Below, in pieces: positions 20,624-30,916 of a DNA stretch of 64,000 bases. The notes under the pieces were generated by a model. That model was not told the origin of the DNA and did no database searches. It saw nothing but the letters and a program-made list of their open reading frames with translations. Numbering within the stretch: the stretch's first letter is position 1; each line of letters opens with the position of its first letter. Both the position numbers and the translations under genes were made by a program. This stretch comes from Halobacteriales archaeon QH_10_67_22 (GTDB lineage Archaea > Halobacteriota > Halobacteria > Halobacteriales > Haloarculaceae): contig PXQN01000058.1 in the NCBI GenBank assembly GCA_003021305.1, forward strand, positions 633 to 64,632, written 5' to 3'.

Positions 20624-21880
20624 ATGAACGTCGGAGACCGGGTTCGCGTCGAGCGCGCCGACCAGATTCACGAGGGCGTCTTGCTTCCCTCGACGACCGA
20701 CGACCACCTGGTCGTCAAGCTCGAGGGTGGCTACAACGTGGGCGTCGACCGCGCGGACGCGGACGTCGAAGTGCTAAAATCGGACATCCACGACGTCGAA
20801 GGCGCACAGGCCGAGGGAAGCGAGTCGACCGTCGCGTTCGACGACGACCTCCCGACGGTGTCGCTCATCTCGACCGGCGGGACCATCGCTTCGACGGTGG
20901 ACTACCGGACGGGCGCGGTCACCGCGCAGTTCGACGCCGAGGACGTCCTCCGGGCGGTACCCGACCTGGCCGGCCTGGCTAACTACCGCGGGCGCGTCGT
21001 CGCCAACATCCTCTCGGAGAACATGACCGCCGACATCTGGCAGGACCTGGCCCGCGCGGTCCACGAGGAGGTCGAGGCCGGCGCCGACGGCGTCGTCGTC
21101 ATGCACGGCACCGACACGATGGCCTTCTCGGCCGCGGCGCTCGCGTTCATGCTGGAGACGCCCGTCCCGGTCGTGTTCACCGGAAGCCAGCGCTCGGCGG
21201 ACCGACCCTCCTCGGACAACGTCATGAACGCCGTCTCGGCCGTCGAGGCCGCCAAGTCCGACTGCGCCGAGGTGCTGGTCTGTATGCACGCCGACGAGTC
21301 CGACGACCGGTGTGCGCTCCATCGCGGAGTGCGGGCCCGCAAGAACCACACCTCACGCCGGGACGCGTTCGACACCGTCGGCGCCGACCCGCTCGGGACT
21401 GTCGCCTACCACCCCAACCCCGACGACGTCGCGGTCACCTTCGACGGCGACTACGAGCAACGCGGCGACACGGAGCTGTCGCTCCGTCCCGACCTGGAGA
21501 CCGACGTCGACCTCGTCACGTTCACGCCCGGAACCGACCTCGCCGTGCTAGATACCTTCGAAGGTAACAGTGGACTCGTGGTCGAGGGCACGGGGCTCGG
21601 ACACGTCAACACCGACTGGATCCCGCGCATCGAGGAGCTGGTCGCCGGGGGGACGACGGTCGTGATGACCAGCCAGTGCATCGAGGGGCGGGTGTGTGAC
21701 CGGGTGTACGACACCGGCCGGGACCTCCTGGACGCCGGCGTCGTCGAAGCCGGTGACACGCTCCCCGGGACCGCGAAGGTCAAACTCATGTGGGCGCTGG
21801 AGAACTGCGACGACCCCGAGTCGGTGATGGGCGAGTCGCTAGCGGGCGAACTTACCGAGCGGTCGGTCCCCTGGACCTGA
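20624..21880 (+). CDS. gatD: Glu-tRNA(Gln) amidotransferase subunit D
   Basis: KLEGGYNVG, STGGTIAS, HGTDTM and SQRSADRPSSD motifs. Confidence 0.96.
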   Translation: MNVGDRVRVERADQIHEGVLLPSTTDDHLVVKLEGGYNVGVDRADADVEVLKSDIHDVEGAQAEGSESTVAFDDDLPTVSLISTGGTIASTVDYRTGAVTAQFDAEDVLRAVPDLAGLANYRGRVVANILSENMTADIWQDLARAVHEEVEAGADGVVVMHGTDTMAFSAAALAFMLETPVPVVFTGSQRSADRPSSDNVMNAVSAVEAAKSDCAEVLVCMHADESDDRCALHRGVRARKNHTSRRDAFDTVGADPLGTVAYHPNPDDVAVTFDGDYEQRGDTELSLRPDLETDVDLVTFTPGTDLAVLDTFEGNSGLVVEGTGLGHVNTDWIPRIEELVAGGTTVVMTSQCIEGRVCDRVYDTGRDLLDAGVVEAGDTLPGTAKVKLMWALENCDDPESVMGESLAGELTERSVPWT

Positions 21881-22197
21881 TCGGCGCGAGGGTCCGCGTC
21901 CGGCAGGCCCATGCCGACGACGTCGCGGACGTGGCGGCGTTCACCGAGGACACTTGGCCGGAGTTCGACCGCGGCGACTACATTCCGGACGTGTTCGCCG
22001 ACTGGGTGGGGACCGACGGTGACGACCAGCACACCGTCGTGGCCCGCGATGGCGGCGCTGCCGTGGGGTGCTGCCAGGCCGTCCGCTGCTCGGCACACGA
22101 GGCCTGGACCCAGGGGATGCGCGTCCACCCCGACCGCCGCGCCGCGGGGGTCGAACTGGCCGACCACCCGGATTTCGTGCTCGAAGCGCCCCTGTGA
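21878..22197 (+). pseudogene. GNAT acetyltransferase remnant
   Basis: DYIPDVF...EAWTQGMRVHPD is joined directly to a C-terminal-like ELADHPDFVL; no clear start codon. Confidence 0.65.
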
Positions 22198-22292
22198 CCA
22201 CCGCACCTGCCGCTCGACGCGGCAAGCGGGCCGCCCGTCGACAGGAAAAACAGGTCACCGGGGGGCCGTCGTCAGCGGGACCGCACCCCTCA

Positions 22293-22387
22293 TACTGTCG
22301 GACACAAGCAAGCCGACACTCGATGCTTCGTTTGGCGGTCTCCGAGACGTCTCGATGGTGAAACACCGACGAGCGTGTTCACGTACT
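22293..22387. mobile_element. Family A element, copy 2 (inverted, right TIR lost)
   Basis: Near-identical to the reverse complement of 7309-7417; preceded by TCA. Confidence 0.88.
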
Positions 22388-22606
22388 GTCGAATCCCTCG
22401 GCCTCGGCGAAGGGGTCACGGCCCTCGTGGAGCAGGCGGACGTGACTCGCCAGGTCGCCCTCGGCGTCGAGTACCTCCGCCTCCAGGGCGGGGTAGGCCG
22501 CCAGCAGGGCATCGAAGGCGTCCCCGACGGTGTCGCCGTCGGCGTCGACCGCGACCTCGGTGTCGCCGGCCGCCTCGGCCAGCGTCGCGAACAGTCTCCA
22601 CTCCAT
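22379..22606 (-). pseudogene. samp1: Ubiquitin-like SAMP1/MoaD lacking the C-terminal GG
   Basis: MEWRLFATLAEAAG...TVGDAFDALLAAYPALE; ends GFDST* inside the element instead of ...LFPPVSGG. Confidence 0.8.
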
Positions 22607-22645
22607 ACCGGAGGGGAGGCAGCCGCGCCAAAGAGCGTTGTGCAC

Positions 22646-25636
22646 TCACGACGGCTCGCTCGGGCGACCCGACTCACTGCCGTCCTCGTCGTCCCCGTCC
22701 GCGGGGTCCGTGCCGGTCAACTCGTCGGGGTCGGTCCCCGGCAGATCCGCCAGGTCCTCGGTCGTCGGGTCCGCCGATTCGGACGGCGCGACCGCCTCCT
22801 CGTCCGTGACGTCGGTCCAGTCGCCGTCACTCTCGTCGTCGGCGCCAGTCCCGTCCCCGTCGCCCGTACCAGTCCCGGCCCCGTCGCCGTTCCCGGCGTC
22901 CACGACGCCGTCGTCACCGTCCTGGACGGGGAGGTCGTCGAGCTTCTCGGCGTCGTCGTCGAGCGAAGCCAGGTCCGGGTCGTCCAGGTCGAGAACCGGT
23001 CCCTTGTCGACCGCTCCGTCGGGCTCCGGTTTCTCCTCGCTTTCGGTCGCTTCGTCTCCGTGCTGTTCGTCGCGGTCCTCGCTCTGTGCCGCATCGTCCT
23101 GGCCCGGCCCGTCCTCGTCGGCGGGCGTGTCAGCCCCGCGCTCGTCGGTGCTCCCGTCCTCTGGTTCGAGCGTCTCGATGCCCGGGGCGTCCGGGTCCGG
23201 CGGGGAGGGGTCGGCGGCGTCGGGAGAGGACGGTGATGCTCGGTCGGACTCGCCGGCGACCGGGGTCGTGGCATCGACGCGTCTGTCGGGTGGCATCTCC
23301 GAGCCCGACTGGGGCGTCCCGGCGTCGGTCGCGTCCCGCGTGGCCGGGCGGGCCGCGCCGTCGACGCGCCGGATAGTCTCGGGCGTGGCGACCGTGTACA
23401 GCAGGTCACCGGGCGCGAGCACCCGGTCGCGGCCGGGCAGGGCCTCGACGGGGCCCTCGGTCGGCCGGACCGCGACGATACTTGCCTGCAGCGCGCCGAC
23501 GGGCTGGCCGGCGAGGAGACTCCCCTCTGCGATGGTGACCGTCGCCATCGTCTCGTCGGCGGCCCGGAGCAGCGAGGCGAACTCCCGGTCCGGGCGGGAC
23601 TCGACGGGGAGCGTGACGAGTCTGTAGGTCTCGTCGTCGGCCAGCGTCCGCGTGTCGGCGGCGTCGACCGCCAGCGTGACGATGTCGTCGACCGTCCCCC
23701 GGAGTTCGGCCGTGAGCACGCGCTCTGGCGGGTCGGTCCGCCAGACCTGGACGATGTCGCCGGCGCTGGCGGCGAACGCGGGGTCGGCCCTGACCGCGAC
23801 CGCCGACGTCTCGGGGGGCAGCGTCGGCCCGATGCCGGCAGCCCGCGAGCCCAGGGCGAGATACTCAACGGACCCGTCGGCGGCAAGGTCGATGTCGACG
23901 TGACCGACGGCGTAGTCGGCTTTCAGTCGGGTGACCAGGCGGTCGCGTAACTCGGCGACCGTGAGTCGCCGCGGGAACACGAACGACTTGCCGGCGAGTT
24001 TCGTCTTTGTCTCCTCGGGCACGGGGTCGTAGCCGACGAGGTCCTCGACCTCCTCGGGGAGTTCGACCGTGATCACCCGCCCGACGGCCTGGACGACGCG
24101 ACTCAGTTCGCCCTCGACGCGCTCGCCGGTCCCGGTGAACACGTCCGTCCCGACTCGGTCGCCGATGTCTCCGCCCGCACGTGCGGCGAACAGGCTGACC
24201 AGCACCACCGCGATGTTGAACAGCGCGACCGTCTCGTCGAGCGGGTCGCCGGTGTTCCCGATCACCTGGCGCAGCGCCCGCGTCGAGTTGAGATACACTG
24301 CGACGCCGCTCAACCCGACCAGGATCGGCAGCCCACCCGGCACCGCCTCGCGCGTGTACCACCGGTAGGCCAGCGCGACGCCAGCGGCGAGCGACGCGAC
24401 CGCCTCCACGAACGCGTCGAGCGCCTCGCGCGTGCCGACAGCGAACACCTCGTCGCCGACCGACAGTTCGGTATCGCCGCCCGGCGCGAGTCGCCAGACG
24501 TTCCCGTCGTTGACCGCCACGACCGCCACACCGTGCTGGTGCCGTACGGCCGCGGTTCCCAGCGCCGTGCCGTCGAGCGGGCCGCCCGCGCCGACGGTCA
24601 CGCGACGGAACCGCCGGCCGGCCCGCCGGAGCAACGAGACGAGTTCGTACTCCCGGCGGACGCCGCGAGATTCGACGACGACCCGGGCGCGGTCGGCCCG
24701 CACGAGCGGGCCGGCGTCCGTCCGGGTGACCGCCACCGTGACCCGTCCCTCCCCGCCGGTCGTCGTCGGCGCTCTGACCGGCTGGGGGACGCTGGCCTCG
24801 TCCGGGTCGTCCGGGTCCTCGCTCCCGTCACGCTCCGCGTTCGGGCCCGGTCCGACGTCGGAGGGTGTGGCCTGTGACTTCGCACTGAGAACCGTCCCGC
24901 GGACCTGCGCGTCGGGCGTGATGAGCGTCACCTCGTCGTTGCGCGCCAGCCCGGTCGGCACCAGCGCCGCGACAGACACGGCCCGCTTCCCGTCGGGGAC
25001 CCGCTTGGAGAGTCCCGAAAACGGCGGCGCGGCGACGACGGCCGCCCGGCCGCCCTCGTCGACGCTGACGGTGACGTCACCCAGGTCGAACTCCGTCCGG
25101 AGCCGTTCGGCGAGGCGTTCCTCGATCTCCGAAACCCGCAGGTCGGCGGGGAACGTCCACTCGCTGTCCCGGACCGCCCCGCGCAGGTCGTCCGACAGTG
25201 GCGGATACCCCTCCATGTCCGCTACTTCGCCGACGACGCGAACGCGGACTTCGTCGCGACCCGACAGCGAGCCCAGCACGTCCGTCGAGAGCGTCTGCTC
25301 GCGCAGCTGTTTCCAGGAGAGCCGCTTCGGAAAGGTCGCGCCCATCGCGTCGCCGCGACTGTGTGCGTACAGCGCGATCAGCAACACCACGATGATCGCC
25401 GTCGTGACCGTCACGGCGTTGGCCGACTGCGTGACCGACGGGTCGGCCAGCGCCAGGAGTCCCCCGTTGACACCGGCCAGCGCCACTGCGAGCGCGACCA
25501 CACCGAGTCCGGGGATCGACACGCCGGTGAAGTACTTGAAAACAAAGCCCAGGGACCACGACACGAGACCCGGGATGATGCCCGTCAGGACGCCGAGGTA
25601 GATTCCGAGGAGGATCTCGACAGGGACCGACGCCAT
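22646..25636 (-). CDS. Membrane protein with two TrkA-C (RCK_C) modules, apparently two paralogous genes fused
   Basis: Two repeats of TM region, FPxxL..E...RL..., REYE/REFA and TrkA-C; junction near 24394; long acidic tail. Confidence 0.75.
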   Translation of the reverse strand: MASVPVEILLGIYLGVLTGIIPGLVSWSLGFVFKYFTGVSIPGLGVVALAVALAGVNGGLLALADPSVTQSANAVTVTTAIIVVLLIALYAHSRGDAMGATFPKRLSWKQLREQTLSTDVLGSLSGRDEVRVRVVGEVADMEGYPPLSDDLRGAVRDSEWTFPADLRVSEIEERLAERLRTEFDLGDVTVSVDEGGRAAVVAAPPFSGLSKRVPDGKRAVSVAALVPTGLARNDEVTLITPDAQVRGTVLSAKSQATPSDVGPGPNAERDGSEDPDDPDEASVPQPVRAPTTTGGEGRVTVAVTRTDAGPLVRADRARVVVESRGVRREYELVSLLRRAGRRFRRVTVGAGGPLDGTALGTAAVRHQHGVAVVAVNDGNVWRLAPGGDTELSVGDEVFAVGTREALDAFVEAVASLAAGVALAYRWYTREAVPGGLPILVGLSGVAVYLNSTRALRQVIGNTGDPLDETVALFNIAVVLVSLFAARAGGDIGDRVGTDVFTGTGERVEGELSRVVQAVGRVITVELPEEVEDLVGYDPVPEETKTKLAGKSFVFPRRLTVAELRDRLVTRLKADYAVGHVDIDLAADGSVEYLALGSRAAGIGPTLPPETSAVAVRADPAFAASAGDIVQVWRTDPPERVLTAELRGTVDDIVTLAVDAADTRTLADDETYRLVTLPVESRPDREFASLLRAADETMATVTIAEGSLLAGQPVGALQASIVAVRPTEGPVEALPGRDRVLAPGDLLYTVATPETIRRVDGAARPATRDATDAGTPQSGSEMPPDRRVDATTPVAGESDRASPSSPDAADPSPPDPDAPGIETLEPEDGSTDERGADTPADEDGPGQDDAAQSEDRDEQHGDEATESEEKPEPDGAVDKGPVLDLDDPDLASLDDDAEKLDDLPVQDGDDGVVDAGNGDGAGTGTGDGDGTGADDESDGDWTDVTDEEAVAPSESADPTTEDLADLPGTDPDELTGTDPADGDDEDGSESGRPSEPS

Positions 25637-25687
25637 ACCCTGTGAGAGAACAGCCACTCATAAAAATACAGCGCGGCCGGCACACAG

Positions 25688-25850
25688 GTGTACGGGACGG
25701 TCGGTGCCTACACGCTCCGAGAGGAGTTCCTCGGTATCTCGACGCTGACCGACGCCTTCTATTTCACGCTCGTCACGGCCAGCACCGTCGGCCACCTCCT
25801 CGTCGAGTCCGCGCTCACCGGGTCGGACATGGAGGGCGTCGCCGACCACA
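25688..25850 (+). pseudogene. Potassium channel / NAD-binding protein remnant
   Basis: YGTVGAY...DAFYFTLVTASTVG runs directly into HLLVESAL; the GYGD filter and RCK domain are absent. Confidence 0.75.
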
Positions 25851-25977
25851 CCTCGGCGGGAGCGAGCCAACCCCCGAAACCCACGACGCCGGACCCGACG
25901 GTACCGAGGCCGACGACGCGTAGACGGGCCGCGGCCGGTCAGACGGGTAGGTCGTTACCGCTGTCGGCCGGCAGCAC

Positions 25978-27474
25978 TCAGTGACGGTCGACGATGGCGA
26001 CGTCGGCGTCCAGGTCCTCGATGCGTTCGAACGTGGGCCGCGAGACCAGGCGGGAGGCGGGGCTGCGGTCCCGGCTGGCCCCCAGGAAGACAAGGTCGAC
26101 GCCGCTGGCGTTCTCGGTGAGAAACCGCTCTATCGAGCGGGTCGACACCCGCGTCTCGAAGGAACCGTCGAACGGTTCGACCAGGTTCGCCAGCATCGTC
26201 TCGGCACGACGGATCTCGCGGTCACTCGACACACAGCTCGCGACGCTCACGTACCCCGTCTTGCCGGCCAGTCGCGTGGCGAAGTCGAGCATGCTGTGGG
26301 CCACGTCGCTGGCTCGTCGAACCGGCACGAGGACGCGTTTCCAGCGGGTCCGCCCGGCCACCGAACGGTGGACGAGCACGTCCGTCCGCCCGCGAAACAG
26401 CGACTGCACGAACGGGGAGAGCGCGCCGTACTGTTGCTCGTAGGACGCGGCGACGAGGTCACAGTTCAGTTCCCGCGCGGTCGCCAGGACCGTGGCGGCG
26501 GCCGACCGGCCGGCGACGGCGACGACCACCTCACAGGGGACGCCGACCCGCGTCTCGACGGCGGCCGCCCGCGACTCCAAGCGGTCGGCGGCGGCCGCAA
26601 CTGGGTCCTCGGCCGCGTGGTCGTGACCCTGGCCGGCGCGGTCGCCCGACTCCGGGTCGGCCTCGTCCGACCGGGATCCCCCGTCGGAGGCCACGCGGTG
26701 GTCGGTTTCGAGTAGATCGCGTTCGGCCGCCGCGACCGCGGCGTCGTCGACGACGTCCAGCAAGACGACCTTGCCGGCCTCGTGGGCGCCGGCCAGTCTC
26801 GCGGCGAGCATCGCGGTCGCGTCGGGGTTTTCCCCCCGCATCGGCACGAGCACGTGGTCGTCGCCGCTGGTCGACTCGTAGAGAAACTGGGCGCGGCGCT
26901 CGTAGAACCGTTCGCGCCAGACGTAGAACACGCCGGCGACGACCGTGCTCGCGACGGAGACGCTCACGACGAAGGTGAACTCCTGTCCGGCCGGCACGAG
27001 CAGGGCCAGCAACGCCGTCGCGTAAGCCGCTGGTTCCTCGATACCCAGCGCCCAGGTGAGTGCGCCGGTGGCGAAGACGGTCGCCGCCGCCTCGAACGCG
27101 CCAACGCCGAACACTCCGCCTCCCCCGGAGAGTCCGGTGGTCGCCCCGGCGACCAGCGCCGCCCAGCCACACAGCGCGCCGACGGTCAACCCCGCCACGA
27201 ACTGCCACGGCGAGGCGTACGTCCCCTCGGGGTCGGCAAACAGGGTGTACGTGCCCGAGGCCAGCGGCGGAAAGAGCAGAAAGGACAGCGAATCGAGTGT
27301 GTTCGACGCCGCCGTCACCATCCAGATCAGGAGCGGGACGAACACCAGCACCGACAGATGGACCAGGGTGTCGGTCCGCTCGACCCACCGGCGCGCCGCC
27401 CGGAGTTCCCGGCGCTCGATGCGCCTGGCCCGGGTCAGGAGCCGGTGCACTCGGTCGCGTAACTTTCCGCGCAC
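25978..27474 (-). CDS. HPP-family membrane protein with USP-like domains
   Basis: LFPPLASGTYTLF TM domain; HVLVPMRG and RVLVPVR USP-like folds. Confidence 0.82.
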   Translation of the reverse strand: MRGKLRDRVHRLLTRARRIERRELRAARRWVERTDTLVHLSVLVFVPLLIWMVTAASNTLDSLSFLLFPPLASGTYTLFADPEGTYASPWQFVAGLTVGALCGWAALVAGATTGLSGGGGVFGVGAFEAAATVFATGALTWALGIEEPAAYATALLALLVPAGQEFTFVVSVSVASTVVAGVFYVWRERFYERRAQFLYESTSGDDHVLVPMRGENPDATAMLAARLAGAHEAGKVVLLDVVDDAAVAAAERDLLETDHRVASDGGSRSDEADPESGDRAGQGHDHAAEDPVAAAADRLESRAAAVETRVGVPCEVVVAVAGRSAAATVLATARELNCDLVAASYEQQYGALSPFVQSLFRGRTDVLVHRSVAGRTRWKRVLVPVRRASDVAHSMLDFATRLAGKTGYVSVASCVSSDREIRRAETMLANLVEPFDGSFETRVSTRSIERFLTENASGVDLVFLGASRDRSPASRLVSRPTFERIEDLDADVAIVDRH

Positions 27475-27683
27475 GTCTCACAGTAGTCGCCCCGACGGAA
27501 AAACAGTCTGGCCCGTCCCGCTCGACCGGACGTCGTGACCGGCAGGGAGAGTCCGTCCTGGCCGAACAGTGAGAATCCGTCGTCACAGTCGTGGGGACGG
27601 CCCCGCCTCGTACGGTCGTGGGTAATTCGTTTCGTTCCCACGAAACAGCGGACTGTCTCCGTGGTCAGAAACGCCAATTCTCG

Positions 27684-27792
27684 TACTGTCGGACACAAGC
27701 AAGTCGACACTCGATACTTCGTTTGGCGGTCTACAAGACGTCTCGATGGTGAAACACCGACAAGTGTGTTCACGTACTTGTGTCCGACAGTA
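27684..27792. mobile_element. Family A element, copy 3 (complete, inverted)
   Basis: Both 16-bp TIRs present; flanks TCG/TCA. Confidence 0.9.
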
Positions 27793-27829
27793 TCACCGAC
27801 ACTGCGGAACGTGGGTACGCACGACCGTA

Positions 27830-28555
27830 TCAAAGGTCGGTCGCGGCAGTCAGGGTGATCTCGATCGCCCGCTCGACGTTGTTTTTCGCCTTCGGCGGAA
27901 GTTCGTCGTCCTCGGTCTCGCCTTTCTGGGTCCCCTCGACGAGGTTGCCGTCAACGGTACAGATCGCGCCGGCGCGCAGGCCCTTCCGGCGGGCCAGGGT
28001 GAAGATGGCCGCGGCCTCCATCTCGACGGCGAGCAGTCCGGCCTGCTCCCAGTCGGCGACGTACTCGTCGGTCTCGGCGTAGAAGGCGTCGTCGGTCGCG
28101 ATGGAGCCGACGTGGACGTCCTCGTCGTTGGCGCGGGCGCCCTCGATCAGCGCCGTGAGTACCTCGTGGTGGGCAACGGCGGGGTAGGAGACGCTCTCGT
28201 AGCGTTTCGTCGTTCCCTCGTCTTTGGCGGCGCCAGTCGCGACGACCATGTCGCCGATCTCCATTCCCGACTGGAGCGCGCCGGTCGTGCCGACCCGGAT
28301 CACGGTGTCGACGCCGACCGCGGCGAGTTCCTCGACCGCGATGGCCGCCGACGGGCAGCCGATCCCCGTCGAACAGATAGTCAGGCGACGGCCCTCGTAG
28401 GTGGCGTTGACGAGGGCGTACTCGCGGTTCTCGGACACCTGCTCGACGTTTTCGCAGTGGCCGGCGATGCGTTCGACGCGGCCGGGGTCGCCCGGTACCA
28501 GCGCCAGGTCGGTGAGGTCTCCCTCCTCGACGAGGAGGTGGGGCTGTTTCGCCAT
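27830..28555 (-). CDS. udp: Uridine/nucleoside phosphorylase
   Basis: PGDPGRV, STGIGCPSAAIAVEEL, RVGTTG and EMEAA motifs. Confidence 0.92.
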   Translation of the reverse strand: MAKQPHLLVEEGDLTDLALVPGDPGRVERIAGHCENVEQVSENREYALVNATYEGRRLTICSTGIGCPSAAIAVEELAAVGVDTVIRVGTTGALQSGMEIGDMVVATGAAKDEGTTKRYESVSYPAVAHHEVLTALIEGARANDEDVHVGSIATDDAFYAETDEYVADWEQAGLLAVEMEAAAIFTLARRKGLRAGAICTVDGNLVEGTQKGETEDDELPPKAKNNVERAIEITLTAATDL

Positions 28556-28633
28556 GCCCACGCTGGGAGCGCCGCCGGCAAAACGCTATCTCTCTCCGTG
28601 CCAACCGCAGGCCGCTCGGACAGAACAGTCTCA

Positions 28634-28713
28634 TAGTGATTATTGTAGCGATTTACCGGTACGACCGTACGATTGCGTGCGGTCGATCCGGAACAGACCG
28701 ACAATAATCACTA
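28634..28713. mobile_element. Family B element, copy 2
   Basis: Reverse complement of 9173-9252; flanks TCA/TCA, the right one being the DUF63 stop codon. Confidence 0.9.
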
Positions 28714-29547
28714 TCAGGGCGTCGCGCCGCCGACGAGAAAGAGCGTGAGGTTGTTGGCGGCCGGGCCCGTGCCGACGGCGGCGACGAGCACCACGAGGAG
28801 GTTGCCCTCGACCGGTTCCTCGGCGACGTAGTCGGCCAGCAGCACGACGATAGCGGCGGCGACGGCCAGTTTCACGAGGACGAACAGCCACCCCGTGCCC
28901 AGCAGGTCGGCGGTCGGCAGGCGGCCGGCGAAGGCCATGATCCGCTCGGGGATCGGCGAGCGCTCGCCGGTCCCCAGCAGGTCGACGCCGACGGCCGTCG
29001 AGACGCCGTCGAGCGCGTGGGCGAACACCACGACCACGCCACCGACGCCGATACGTTCGACGGCGGTGGGACGCTCGCGTTCGAGCAGGAAGTACACCGG
29101 CGCGGTGACGAGGGCGGCCCCCGCGACGCTGACGGGCGGCCAGGCCAGCGCGATACCGGCCCCCCGGCCGAGGGCCGCGGCGTAGGCGACGGCGACAAAG
29201 CCGACGAGGATGGCCCCACCGACCCAGCCGAAGACCCGCGTCGGGTCCGGGTCTGACTCCGTGCGGGCGGCCGCGGTGGCCCAGACCGCGCCCGCTATGA
29301 CGAACGTCGTGACGTAGACGGCCGGCGCCGTCGCGAGCGGGAGAGCCCACCCGGGAACGAGGCCGAGCTGTGCGAACCCGTGGACCCCGCCACCGAGCAC
29401 CATCCAGGGTGTCGCCGCCAGCACGACCCGGTCGGTGACGGGGGCCCCGAGTCGGACGAGTGCACCGACGACCGCGACCGTCCCGACGACCAGCGCCACC
29501 GCGTAGGGCAGTGGCGGGACGACCAGGCCGCTGGGTAACACCTGCAT
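28714..29547 (-). CDS. DUF63-family membrane protein
   Basis: AHALDGVSTAVG...GERSP...VKL...GTGPA. Confidence 0.8.
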   Translation of the reverse strand: MQVLPSGLVVPPLPYAVALVVGTVAVVGALVRLGAPVTDRVVLAATPWMVLGGGVHGFAQLGLVPGWALPLATAPAVYVTTFVIAGAVWATAAARTESDPDPTRVFGWVGGAILVGFVAVAYAAALGRGAGIALAWPPVSVAGAALVTAPVYFLLERERPTAVERIGVGGVVVVFAHALDGVSTAVGVDLLGTGERSPIPERIMAFAGRLPTADLLGTGWLFVLVKLAVAAAIVVLLADYVAEEPVEGNLLVVLVAAVGTGPAANNLTLFLVGGATP

Positions 29548-29710
29548 ACCCGCAGGGGACGCACGGAGCGGCGAAAGCGTTCCGGTCGCTGGCGCTGTCG
29601 CATCCGGCGGGCCGTCGGGCCGGGGACGCGACGAGATGAAAGCAGTTATTCGGGGAGACACACAACGGCAGGCCACCGACTATGCGAGGCGAACACACAC
29701 GGGTGAGACA

Positions 29711-30889
29711 ATGCGCATCGTAGTGAAGTTCGGCGGGACGAGTCTGGGCAACGGCGACCGCGTGACGCGAGCGGCCGACTCCATCGCCGAGGCGGTCCGC
29801 CAGGGCCACGAGGTGGCCGTCGTCGCCAGCGCCATGGGCAACACGACCGACGAGCTGCTGGAGGGCATCCAGTACGATGCGACCGAGGAGGCCCGTGCCG
29901 AGATAGTCAGCATGGGCGAGCGCACGTCGGTCCGGATGCTCGCCGGCGCGCTCGAAGCAAGGGGGATCGCTGCGCGGTTCTACGAACCCGGGCTCGCGGA
30001 CTGGCCGATCATCACCGACGAGTACGGCGAGGTCGACGTCGAGGAGACGACCGGCCGCGCCGAGCGGTTGGCCGCTACGCTTCCGGACACCGTCCCGGTC
30101 ATCACCGGGTTTCTCGCCCAGGACCACGACGGTGAAATAACGACGCTGGGTCGGGGTGGCTCGGACACGACCGCGGTCATGCTGGGCAAGTACGTGGACG
30201 CCGACGAGGTAGTCATCGTCACCGACGTCGAGGGGGTCATGACCGGCGACCCGCAGGTCGTGGAGGGGGCCCGCAACGTCGGCGAGATCAGCGTCGACGA
30301 ACTCCGCTCGCTGTCGTTTCGCGGCGCGGAGGTCGTCGCGCCCTCCGCGCTGTCGTACAAGAACGCCGACCTGGCGGTGCGGGTCATCCACTACCAGCAC
30401 GACGACCTGCTGACCGGCGGCACCACCATCGAGGGCGAGTTCCAGAACCTCATCGACCTCCAGGAACACCCGCTGTGCTGTATCACGGTCGCCGGCCGGG
30501 CGATCCGCAACAGTCCCGGCATCCTCGCGGAACTGTCGGGCGCGCTGGGCGACGCCGGGATCAACATCGAGGCCAACTCCTCGGGGATGGACTCGCTGAC
30601 CTTCTACGTCGACGAGACCGACGCCGAGGAGTCCGAGAACATCCTCCACGAACAGGTCAAAGCCGACGAGACGCTCGCTTCGGTCACCGTCGAGGACGAC
30701 ATCGCCGTGGTGCGGGTGACCGGGAGCGACCTCCCCAACCAGCCCGGCGTCGTCAAACAGGTGACCGACCCGCTGGCCGACGCCCACATCCACCTCTTCG
30801 ACGTGATCACGTCCGCCAGCTCCGTCTCCGTGTTCGTCCCCTGGGAAGACCGCGAGCAGGCGCTCGAACTCATCCAGGACGTGTTCTGA
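29711..30889 (+). CDS. lysC: Aspartate kinase
   Basis: VKFGGTS, LGRGGSD and TDVEGVMTGDP motifs; two ACT domains. Confidence 0.94.
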   Translation: MRIVVKFGGTSLGNGDRVTRAADSIAEAVRQGHEVAVVASAMGNTTDELLEGIQYDATEEARAEIVSMGERTSVRMLAGALEARGIAARFYEPGLADWPIITDEYGEVDVEETTGRAERLAATLPDTVPVITGFLAQDHDGEITTLGRGGSDTTAVMLGKYVDADEVVIVTDVEGVMTGDPQVVEGARNVGEISVDELRSLSFRGAEVVAPSALSYKNADLAVRVIHYQHDDLLTGGTTIEGEFQNLIDLQEHPLCCITVAGRAIRNSPGILAELSGALGDAGINIEANSSGMDSLTFYVDETDAEESENILHEQVKADETLASVTVEDDIAVVRVTGSDLPNQPGVVKQVTDPLADAHIHLFDVITSASSVSVFVPWEDREQALELIQDVF

Positions 30890-30916
30890 CGCGCCGACCC
30901 TGACGGCGCTCCACCG

